NCBI GenBank assembly: GCA_963600315.1
Contig: CAVCAW010000029.1
Span: 7,919-71,918 of the forward strand
Length of the DNA stretch: 64,000 nt
Origin: Bacteroidaceae bacterium
GTDB lineage: Bacteria; Bacteroidota; Bacteroidia; Bacteroidales; Bacteroidaceae
Direction of reading: 5' to 3'
The translations under genes were made by a program, and so were the position numbers. The notes under the pieces were generated by a model. That model did no database searches, was not told the origin of the DNA, and was given only the letters and a program-made list of their open reading frames with translations. Each line of letters starts with the position of its first letter. The stretch's first letter is position 1. Of the stretch, positions 8,349 through 16,577 are shown one piece after another.

Positions 8349-10196
8349 ATGAAAAGACTCAATTATCTTCTTTTCACCGCAGCTGCGCTCACACTCGCAA
8401 GCTGCGCCGACGACAACTCTATGGGTGTCGGCAACGAGTCCGCAAAATCGAATGCCGTAAGCTTCGGTTTCAGCGTACCTAACATGTTGCGTTCTGACTT
8501 GGTAGGCAACGATGCTGCCAATCAGCTCAGCAATGAGTTCGTAGTCTATGGCACCAAGCACCTGACCGGTGCTGAAAATGCCAGCGCCACCAACGACCAG
8601 GCTGTCTACACCAACTACAAGGTTGTCTACTCAGCCAACACCGCAGGTTCCTCTGAGTCAAACTCAGCTAACTGGGAGTATGTAGGAGAGACTCCGTATG
8701 ATGCCGCTACGGTTTCTCCTGCCGCTACTGGCACGCAGACCATCAAGTACTGGGACTACAGCGCAGCCAACGGCTACACCTTCACCGCTTTCGCCGGCAA
8801 GACTGAACTTGAGGCAGGCAACGTCGTTGTAACCAAGACAACCGATGCTACCGGCAACGGCGCGACTGCAAACAGCAAGGGTTATACTGTCAAGACTGCC
8901 AAGGCTGAGGCTAACCTCAACAACCTCTACTTCTCTGACCGTGTAGAGGTAGCCAAGGCTAAGTATGGCGAGCCTGTGACCCTCACATTCCGCAACTTCG
9001 GTTCGAGAGTACGTGTAGGTTTCTATGAAACCGTGCCCGGCTACTCTGTGAAGATTGACAAGTTCTACTTTGATGACAACGCAACAGAGGCTGTCACTAC
9101 CTACAAGGCAATGGACAAGGCCAACACCACCAACTTCGCAGCCGCTCACCGCAGCGTCACTCCTGCCACGACCAACGCCCTGACCGTGACCTACGACGAC
9201 CAGAACCAGCCTACAGTGACCAACACCACCGTTACCTACAGCAACACGCTGACTCTCGGCACCGGTGTTGTCAACACTACGCTCGGCAAATCGGCTACTG
9301 CTCCGTCTTGGGACCAGACCAACGGCACTTGGAACACTGTGTACCCCAACGAGGCTTGCACCACTCCGATGCTCATCCGTTGCGACTACACCCTCACCGC
9401 TGAGGATGGCTCCAACGAAGAGATTCACGTGAAGAACGCCCGCGTGGTTGTTCCCGCTGAATACATGAAGTGGAAGCCCAACTATGCCTACACCTATCTC
9501 TTCAAGATTTCTGACAAGACCAACGGTACTACCGGCACAACTCCTACCGATCCTGACAATCCGAAGCCATACGACCCAAGCAATCCTGACACCTCTGACG
9601 ATCCTGAAGGACTGCACCCCATCACTTTCGACGCTGTAGTAGTTGACGCTACCACTGGCAATCAGGAGACCATCAGCACTGTTTCTACCAACACCGTGAC
9701 TACCTACGCTGAAGGTTCTAACGTAACAACTAACGGCGAGTACACGGTTAACGAGACAATCAAGGCTATCAACACTAACACCAGCAACAAGACTGTCATC
9801 GTTCCTACCGCAGACAAAGCTAAGTTCGTTAAGCTCGACAAGGTTGCTACCGAGAGCGAAGTAAACGCACAGCTCAATGGTTCGTTGCTCGGCATCACCA
9901 TGACTGACGAGACTTCTACTGTCGACGGCAACTACTTGACCTTCACTCCGGCTGAGGCTGGCACCTACGCTTACATCTATACGAACACTGCTTACAAGGC
10001 AGCAGTTTACACCTCTGCTGCAACTGCCACCCACACCACTGGCACAGTATACTACGCCAAGACTACAAGCGGCGTGTACTACCCAGCTTCTGGCATCAGT
10101 GCAGAGAACTTTGACACTTACAAAGCCAACCTCTACACTCTCACTACTACAGCTACTACTGGTGTCTACGACATCAAGGTTATCACTGTAAAATAA
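8349..10196 (+). CDS. Mfa1-like fimbrillin family lipoprotein, paralog 1 (candidate major stalk pilin)
   Basis: Lipoprotein box LTLASCADD. Blocks shared with the next paralogs: NEFVVYGTK, NYKVVYSAN, WEYVG, QTIKYWDYSA, YFSDR, TFRNFGSRVRVGFYETVPGY, VVPAEYMKWKPNYAYTYLFKISD, HPITFDAVV. Candidate maturation site P-N-M-L-R48. Followed by a strong hairpin. Confidence 0.8.
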   Translation: MKRLNYLLFTAAALTLASCADDNSMGVGNESAKSNAVSFGFSVPNMLRSDLVGNDAANQLSNEFVVYGTKHLTGAENASATNDQAVYTNYKVVYSANTAGSSESNSANWEYVGETPYDAATVSPAATGTQTIKYWDYSAANGYTFTAFAGKTELEAGNVVVTKTTDATGNGATANSKGYTVKTAKAEANLNNLYFSDRVEVAKAKYGEPVTLTFRNFGSRVRVGFYETVPGYSVKIDKFYFDDNATEAVTTYKAMDKANTTNFAAAHRSVTPATTNALTVTYDDQNQPTVTNTTVTYSNTLTLGTGVVNTTLGKSATAPSWDQTNGTWNTVYPNEACTTPMLIRCDYTLTAEDGSNEEIHVKNARVVVPAEYMKWKPNYAYTYLFKISDKTNGTTGTTPTDPDNPKPYDPSNPDTSDDPEGLHPITFDAVVVDATTGNQETISTVSTNTVTTYAEGSNVTTNGEYTVNETIKAINTNTSNKTVIVPTADKAKFVKLDKVATESEVNAQLNGSLLGITMTDETSTVDGNYLTFTPAEAGTYAYIYTNTAYKAAVYTSAATATHTTGTVYYAKTTSGVYYPASGISAENFDTYKANLYTLTTTATTGVYDIKVITVK

Positions 10197-10220
10197 AGGG
10201 ATAACCTCACCATAAATTCG

Positions 10221-10247
10221 GTAGGGAGGGAGTGATACCCTCCCTAC
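10221..10247 (+). terminator. Intercistronic GC-rich hairpin (possible attenuator/partial terminator) after fimbrillin 1
   Basis: gtagggaggg (10221-10230), agtgata loop, ccctccctac (10238-10247). Perfect 10-bp stem 25 nt after the stop codon, with no clear T-run. Confidence 0.45.
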
Positions 10248-10287
10248 TGCCAAAGAAAAGGAAGAAAACTCTTAACATTTACGAATC

Positions 10288-11955
10288 ATGAAAAAAACTT
10301 ATCTTATTGTTGCGGCTGCAGCACTGCTCACAGCAAGCTGCGCTGACGACAGCACGACAGGCGGCAACGACTTCGCCAAGAGCGCACCTATCGCTTTTGA
10401 CATGCAGACTCCCGCTATGCTCAAGGCAACAGAGAGCGGTGCCACTGCCGCCACCAAGCTCGGAAATGAGTTTGTCGTATGGGGAGAGAAGAACGAAGGA
10501 GACGGCAAAACGGCTACCTCGACAGAGAACCTCGTGTTTAAGAACTACAAGGTGCAATATACCGCAAGTAGCGCATACACCACTACCAGCAACACCAAGG
10601 ACTGGGAGTATGTGGGCTACACCCCATACACTAATGCTCAGGTATATCCTGCCATAGCCGACGGCACAAAACAGACCATCAAGTACTGGGACTACAGCGC
10701 CAGCAGCTACACTTTCACTGCTGTGTCAGCTAAGCAAGAGGACATCACTAACGGCAAAGTGAAGATAACCAAGACTGAGACCGGCACCAACGGTGTCTAC
10801 GACAAAGGTTACACCATCGAACTGGCAGACGGAGCTACCACAGGCGACATCTATGTTGCTGACCGCAACGTCATCAGCAAGAGCAATGGTACTGACCGCA
10901 CTGCAACCAATGCCTACGGCGGCAATGTGACCTTCACCTTCCGCAGTTTCCAGACCAAGGTTCGCTTCGGTCTCTATGAGAGGATTCCCGGCTACAAGGT
11001 GAAGGTGACGAGCGTGAAGTTCGGCGGCACCGAAAACACTGCCAACTTCGGTGTTGACGGCAAGTTCATCACTGCCGGCACTGGCACCAAGTACACCGTT
11101 ACCTATGAGGACGGCACTAACAACACCACAGCCAACAGAGCAGTGGTAGCTGTAGACGGAACTTCTACAAGCACCAACACTCTGACGGGCGGCGCCAACA
11201 TATTTGGAGATGGCACTTACCTCGGCACTGCAGCCACTGCCCCTACCTACGATCAGGCAGGCGGTGCTTACACAGCCATTCTGCCTTACCCGGGCAACAC
11301 CACCAACATGAAGTTGACCATCTCCTACGACCTCATCTCAGAGGATTCGGGCGAAAAGATATCCATCAAGGACAAGACAGCGGAAGTACCCGCTGCCTAC
11401 TGCCAGTGGAAGTCCAACTATGCCTACACCTACCTCTTCAAGATTACCGACAACGCAGCTGACCTCTACCCCATCACCTTCGACGCTGTAGTAGAGACTG
11501 CCGAGGAGGGTACGCAGGAGACTATCACCAGCGAGACCGAGCCTTCTATCACTACGTTCGCAACCAGCGGCAACACGGTGGTTACTGGCAACGACGAGTA
11601 CAAGACAGGCAGCACTATCTACGCATCAGTAGTAGACGGTGGCACAGCGGTAACTCTGACCGACGCTACAGCCAAGGTTTACACCGTTTCGTCCACCGAC
11701 GAGGCCAACTTCCCAATTACTGCTGCTTCGGTAGCTAATGCTATTGAACACGCATCAGTCACTGATGCCAAAATAACGGCTACAGCTATAACAGGTGCGA
11801 CTATCGCGACTGTTGTACCTATGGGCGACGGCACAACAGCCACTCGCACTCTGTCAGCCATTTCATGGACAGCAGAGTCGGGCAAGACCTACGCTGTAGA
11901 GTACACCGGCACAACAGGCAAGAAGACCTACAAGATAATCAAGATTGCTGACTAA
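10288..11955 (+). CDS. Mfa1-like fimbrillin family lipoprotein, paralog 2
   Basis: Lipoprotein box LLTASCADD and the same conserved blocks (NEFVVWGEK, NYKVQYTAS, WEYVGYTPY, QTIKYWDYSAS, YVADR, TFRSFQTKVRFGLYERIPGY, EVPAAYCQWKSNYAYTYLFKITD, LYPITFDAVV). P-A-M-L-K46. Confidence 0.8.
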   Translation: MKKTYLIVAAAALLTASCADDSTTGGNDFAKSAPIAFDMQTPAMLKATESGATAATKLGNEFVVWGEKNEGDGKTATSTENLVFKNYKVQYTASSAYTTTSNTKDWEYVGYTPYTNAQVYPAIADGTKQTIKYWDYSASSYTFTAVSAKQEDITNGKVKITKTETGTNGVYDKGYTIELADGATTGDIYVADRNVISKSNGTDRTATNAYGGNVTFTFRSFQTKVRFGLYERIPGYKVKVTSVKFGGTENTANFGVDGKFITAGTGTKYTVTYEDGTNNTTANRAVVAVDGTSTSTNTLTGGANIFGDGTYLGTAATAPTYDQAGGAYTAILPYPGNTTNMKLTISYDLISEDSGEKISIKDKTAEVPAAYCQWKSNYAYTYLFKITDNAADLYPITFDAVVETAEEGTQETITSETEPSITTFATSGNTVVTGNDEYKTGSTIYASVVDGGTAVTLTDATAKVYTVSSTDEANFPITAASVANAIEHASVTDAKITATAITGATIATVVPMGDGTTATRTLSAISWTAESGKTYAVEYTGTTGKKTYKIIKIAD

Positions 11956-11982
11956 GCAATCGCTCGCAGGCAAGACCTGACA

Positions 11983-12017
11983 GGCAGGACGGGGTTCGAC
12001 TCCCCGCCCTGCTACCA
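11983..12017 (+). other. tRNA 3'-half-like minihelix (acceptor-like stem + T-arm + ACCA); not an intact tRNA
   Basis: ggcagga | cgggg ttcgact ccccg | ccctgct a cca. 5-bp T-stem, 7-nt loop matching TTCRANY, 6 of 7 acceptor-like pairs, and an encoded ACCA tail. No D-arm or anticodon arm upstream. Confidence 0.4.
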
Positions 12018-12133
12018 AAACAAAAAGATACAGTCCCCCACACACCACTGCGGCAAGGGCACGCTGGGCGACCGAGAGGGGAAAGAATAATACCAAGACC
12101 TGAGCGGGACGGTTTCGCTCATGCACAAACACT

Positions 12134-14161
12134 ATGTATAAAAGATTAGCAACATACCTCATGGCAGCACTGTCGCTTACGGCATGCGTAAACGACGAGG
12201 ACAACAGCCCGTCAATCAGCGGCGGCAAGGGCGTGATATCGTTTGGTCCCGAAGTGTCGCCAATGCTACGAGCCACCCAGACGGGAGCCACCGCCGCCAC
12301 CACGTTGGGCAACAAATTCTACGTATTCGGTATCAAGAACGAGAGCCGCGAGGGTGCTGGCAACGTGAGCAACGAGAACCTCGTGTTTCGCAACTACAAG
12401 GTGGCTTACACCACTGGCAGCGCCAACACCTCCACCACCAACACCAGCGGCTGGGAGTATGTGGGAGTGAAGCTCACCGACAACGAGGCTGCCAACCTGA
12501 TGCCCAACCCAAGTGCCGGCGACAACACGCAGACGGTGAAATACTGGGACACCAATGCCGACGACTATACCTTCTACGCCATAGCCGTAGCGAACAACGA
12601 CCTCGAGGACGGCAACGTGGCCATCACAAAGACCACCGACTACGCCTATAATGCCTATCGCAACGGCTACAGTGTAGCTCTGAAATCCACCGCCGACCCC
12701 ACAGCCCTCTACATAGCCGACCGATACAACGTCACTGCCACGGGCAGCGGTTCGGTCTATGGCGACAACGTGACATTCACGTTCCGCAACGCCATGGCAA
12801 AGGTGCGCGTGGCGATGTATGAGACGGTGCCGGGCTACACGCTCACCCTCGACGCTTTCCGCATAGCAGACAACAAGACAGTGCCCTCCTTCGGCGACAT
12901 GACGACAGCTGCTACCGGTGCCTTCAGCGCAAACCTAGCCACCAACAAACCGGGCCACGACGGCACCATGACCGTCATCTACAAGGAGACGGGCGAGGGA
13001 CAGAACATGGCGCAGGTAGCTTTTGATGCCACCAAAGACAACGTGCTCACCCTGGGCGACAACCTCAAGGCAGGCACACAGCTCACCAACACCTCCGCCA
13101 CCGCCCTCTACGACCATGCCGACGGCACGTACACCACGGTGTACCCCATGGAGGATAACAACAGCAACCTGAAACTGAAGGTGGACTTCACCCTCCACGC
13201 TACTACGGGCGAGACGATAAAGGTGACCGACGCTACCGCCGAGGTGCCCGCTGCCTACCTCAAGTGGAGACCGGGCTATGCCTACACCTACATCTTCAAG
13301 ATTAGCGACCAAACCAATGCCACCGTGGGCAGTCTCACGGGTCTTTACCCCATCACCTTCGACGCAGTGATGATAACTGACGGAATAGGCGAGGAGGAGA
13401 AGATATCCACCACGGGCACTGGCACCAATATCATCACCATGGGCTATGACCAGACTGCCAAGACCGTAGTGGTGGGCAAGGACGACTATGCAGAGGGCAA
13501 CACCATCTACGCTTCAATTGTAGAGTCGGACAATATCGTCACACCCACCAACAGCAATGCAAAGCTCTACACAGTGACGACCAACGACCCCGACAACCAC
13601 CCTGCCACTGAAGCTACAGTGGCAGAATACCTCACAGCATATGCCGCCGACAACACACTCATAGACCAGCCGGTGACAGCCTATGACATGACACTGCCGG
13701 CTGACGCCTTCGTAAACACAGTGCCGATCAGCAATGGTGACACACGCACACTGGACGCTGTGAAATGGACGGCTCAGAAGCACGTCTACGCTGTGGAATA
13801 CACCAACGCCTCGGGTAGCAAGAGCTACAAGATAGTGAGGGTTGGCGGATATGACGGCAAGACTTCGGGCACACTGACGCTCAACCGCACCACAGTGAGC
13901 AACATGGGTGGAGACATCAAGCCTCTACTCAAAGTAGACGATGAGACTATAAGCAACCAAGATGTGACATACGCTCTCGACTATGCCGGCACCTACGGAC
14001 TAGCCGTACCGACGAGTGTCATCATAGACTACGCCGGTACCGACGAAATAACCGTCAGCGTTCCGGCAGGCACGGCAGCCACCACTGGCGGCAACAGCTA
14101 CACCCTGATAGCCACCTATGGTCGCCGCACCTACACTACATCCTTTACAGTAAGCCAATAA
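12134..14161 (+). CDS. Mfa1-like fimbrillin family lipoprotein, paralog 3 (longest C-terminal extension)
   Basis: Lipoprotein box LSLTACVNDE and conserved blocks (NKFYVFGIK, NYKVAYTTGSAN, WEYVG, QTVKYWDTNA, YIADR, TFRNAMAKVRVAMYETVPGY, EVPAAYLKWRPGYAYTYIFKISD, LYPITFDAVM). P-M-L-R46. Confidence 0.8.
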   Translation: MYKRLATYLMAALSLTACVNDEDNSPSISGGKGVISFGPEVSPMLRATQTGATAATTLGNKFYVFGIKNESREGAGNVSNENLVFRNYKVAYTTGSANTSTTNTSGWEYVGVKLTDNEAANLMPNPSAGDNTQTVKYWDTNADDYTFYAIAVANNDLEDGNVAITKTTDYAYNAYRNGYSVALKSTADPTALYIADRYNVTATGSGSVYGDNVTFTFRNAMAKVRVAMYETVPGYTLTLDAFRIADNKTVPSFGDMTTAATGAFSANLATNKPGHDGTMTVIYKETGEGQNMAQVAFDATKDNVLTLGDNLKAGTQLTNTSATALYDHADGTYTTVYPMEDNNSNLKLKVDFTLHATTGETIKVTDATAEVPAAYLKWRPGYAYTYIFKISDQTNATVGSLTGLYPITFDAVMITDGIGEEEKISTTGTGTNIITMGYDQTAKTVVVGKDDYAEGNTIYASIVESDNIVTPTNSNAKLYTVTTNDPDNHPATEATVAEYLTAYAADNTLIDQPVTAYDMTLPADAFVNTVPISNGDTRTLDAVKWTAQKHVYAVEYTNASGSKSYKIVRVGGYDGKTSGTLTLNRTTVSNMGGDIKPLLKVDDETISNQDVTYALDYAGTYGLAVPTSVIIDYAGTDEITVSVPAGTAATTGGNSYTLIATYGRRTYTTSFTVSQ

Positions 14162-14170
14162 CGCACAGCA

Positions 14171-15379
14171 ATGAAGGACACTACAAAGCACACCCTACGC
14201 AGACTGAGCACCGCCGCCATCAAGACTACACTCATGGCGGCAGTGGTGGCAGCACTGCCCGGCTGCTCAGCCTCCGACGGAGACTCAACGACTCCCGCCG
14301 GCGAACTGCACAGCATATCGTTCAGTACCTCGGGAGAGATGAAGCAACAGCTGAAATCGATGACCCAGACAGGACTGGAGACGCTGGGCTACGAGTCCAT
14401 ACTCCTCTACGGCTACAAGACCATAGAGTCGGAACTGCAGAACGTCATGCCGGGCTACACGCTCAACTACACTGCCAACTCCGCTAATTCCTCTGCCTCA
14501 AACACCAACGACTGGGAGTATGTGGGGCAAGGCACCGACTATCTGGGCAACAAGCAGGAGATAAAGTACTGGGACGGCAACTCCAAGGACTACCGCTTCT
14601 TCGGAGTACTGCCAAAATACAAGGACAGACTGAAGTATAATGACGCCGCCATTACCTCATCGACCGTAGTGAGCGCCAGCGGCAACTTCAGCATGACCTT
14701 CGACGGACTGGAATATATGACTCTGACTGCCGACGGCAAGTACTACAATTCTGCCGGTACAGAGGTAGCCGAGAGCGAGATACCGATGTATGGCACCCTG
14801 TGGCAGGGCGACCCCGCCACAAGCTACGACAGTCCCGTGCCCATATCGTTCGCCAAGCCCTACGCACTGGTACGCGTAGTATTCGAACGACCCGCCGGCA
14901 CGACGACCACTGTATTGGGCAATGCCAGCGGCACCGACCACGCCATAACCTTCGGACCCAAAGACGGGTCTTCTCTGGCAGGTTCGGGCGTGGTGGACGT
15001 GAGCTGGTCGATGACAGACACCCACGAGACAGCCACAGCCACGGCAGGCACTGCCACACTGCCCACCATGAAGCTCGACCCGCTGACACTCGCCGAGCAG
15101 GACACACGCTATGTGGCATGGCCCGAATACTTGATGATACCCGTTAGCAATGCCGTGGACTTCAAATGCACTGCCCACATCCACACCACCAACTCATCGG
15201 GCACAGACGTCTACGACGAGCGCACCGCCATAGTGCCCGCAGCCTACATGGGGTGGCGCCCCGGTTTCGAATACACCTATGTGTTCAAGATAACGTCGAC
15301 CAACTCGATGGAGTTCAGCCACGTGGTGGAAGTCTACACCAAGTGGCAAGCAGGCTATACCGACGAGACTACTTGGTAG
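14171..15379 (+). CDS. Fimbrillin family lipoprotein, paralog 4 (short, divergent; candidate minor subunit)
   Basis: Lipoprotein box ALPGCSASD. Retains NDWEYVG, QEIKYWDGNSKDYRFFG and IVPAAYMGWRPGFEYTYVFKITS but lacks the long C-terminal extension. Starts 9 nt after the previous stop. Confidence 0.7.
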   Translation: MKDTTKHTLRRLSTAAIKTTLMAAVVAALPGCSASDGDSTTPAGELHSISFSTSGEMKQQLKSMTQTGLETLGYESILLYGYKTIESELQNVMPGYTLNYTANSANSSASNTNDWEYVGQGTDYLGNKQEIKYWDGNSKDYRFFGVLPKYKDRLKYNDAAITSSTVVSASGNFSMTFDGLEYMTLTADGKYYNSAGTEVAESEIPMYGTLWQGDPATSYDSPVPISFAKPYALVRVVFERPAGTTTTVLGNASGTDHAITFGPKDGSSLAGSGVVDVSWSMTDTHETATATAGTATLPTMKLDPLTLAEQDTRYVAWPEYLMIPVSNAVDFKCTAHIHTTNSSGTDVYDERTAIVPAAYMGWRPGFEYTYVFKITSTNSMEFSHVVEVYTKWQAGYTDETTW

Positions 15380-15446
15380 GACGATACGCCCAACCTGATT
15401 AGGGCAGTTACGACACCGACAAAGCACATACACACACATCGCAGAC

Positions 15447-16505
15447 ATGACACACACACTTCGCACAACAATCATACTGCCGGCTCTCACGCTGCTGGCA
15501 CTACTCGCCACAACGGCTTGCTCGTCGGACAACGACAGCGACCTGAGAGGCTCCAAGACCATAACGATAGACATTCCCATTGACATATACTCCGCAAGCG
15601 GCAGTCAAGGTCAGCTGAAAGCTACTGCCACGCAGGGCGATCCCGGCAATGATGCCAGTTTCAAAGCTCCGCTGTGGCTCTATGTAGTAGCCTTCGTATC
15701 GGAAAACGATGGTTCGGACTACGAGATACTGACCAAGACCCTCTCGTGGGCAGACGACGACGAAGCCAACGGAGAGTGGACCCTGCAAGACGAGGGAAAG
15801 CGCGAGGAACGCTGGCACAAGAACGTGCGCGTGACCTTCAACATCTCACGCGCCTTCAACAACTCGGTGGGAGCAAGCCGCGTCTACGCCATAGCCTCAC
15901 GCACCGACTTGAGCACGCTGCTGCCCGCTGACATCACAAGTTTCACCAGCATGACTGACCTTGAAGGCATCACGCTCGACATGAGCAGCCTCACAGCCAT
16001 CCAGCTGGGCGACACTTACTCCACACCTGCCTACGACCGCAGCACACCGGCTCAGGCAAGCGACAACGGCAACATTGCCGAAAACAACAAGTCGCTGACC
16101 TGTAGCACCGTGAAGCTTTACCACGTGGCAGCCAAGACAGACTTCACATGGGAGGTGGACGCCTCACTGCGCAAGACTACCGAACTGAAGTCAATAGTGT
16201 GCACAGGACTGCCTACTACGTGCAAGGTGTTCAAACCGACAGAGAATCCCGTTGGCACCGCCACCGCCACCGTGCTGGGCACAGCCGCCGACAATGCGGC
16301 GGTGATAGTAGACGAGGGCAACAAATGGACAGGTCGCGCTTACACTTACGTGCTACAGCCGCCCTCGCCCGGCACTGTGAACTACACCGTGACCTACGGC
16401 GGCAGCGCCGGCCGTGCCGAGACCAACAAGTCCTCCACCCCCGCAACAGGGGTCTACAACAATGTGTTTACGGGCTGGTATCGCATCACCGCTACGGTGA
16501 AATAG
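15447..16505 (+). CDS. Pilin-like accessory lipoprotein (candidate tip/adaptor subunit)
   Basis: Lipoprotein box LATTACSSDND. Beta-rich, with an LYHVAAKTDFTW block reminiscent of FimA/Mfa-type pilin folds. Its operon position corresponds to accessory subunits. The family call is weak. Confidence 0.5.
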   Translation: MTHTLRTTIILPALTLLALLATTACSSDNDSDLRGSKTITIDIPIDIYSASGSQGQLKATATQGDPGNDASFKAPLWLYVVAFVSENDGSDYEILTKTLSWADDDEANGEWTLQDEGKREERWHKNVRVTFNISRAFNNSVGASRVYAIASRTDLSTLLPADITSFTSMTDLEGITLDMSSLTAIQLGDTYSTPAYDRSTPAQASDNGNIAENNKSLTCSTVKLYHVAAKTDFTWEVDASLRKTTELKSIVCTGLPTTCKVFKPTENPVGTATATVLGTAADNAAVIVDEGNKWTGRAYTYVLQPPSPGTVNYTVTYGGSAGRAETNKSSTPATGVYNNVFTGWYRITATVK

Positions 16506-16577
16506 CCTTAAACGCACACACTCCGAACACTTCACAAGAACAATATACACACGACAACAAAAATAACACGCTGATAT

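Noticed and set aside
8664-10253. 529-aa minus-strand ORF
   Set aside because: It is antisense to fimbrillin paralog 1. It is Val/Gly/Ser/Arg-rich and low in complexity, with no start context or motifs.
11941-12017. Intact tRNA gene ending at the ACCA at 12017
   Set aside because: Only the T-arm and the acceptor 3' strand are present. The expected 5' acceptor strand, D-arm and anticodon arm cannot be found at the required positions.
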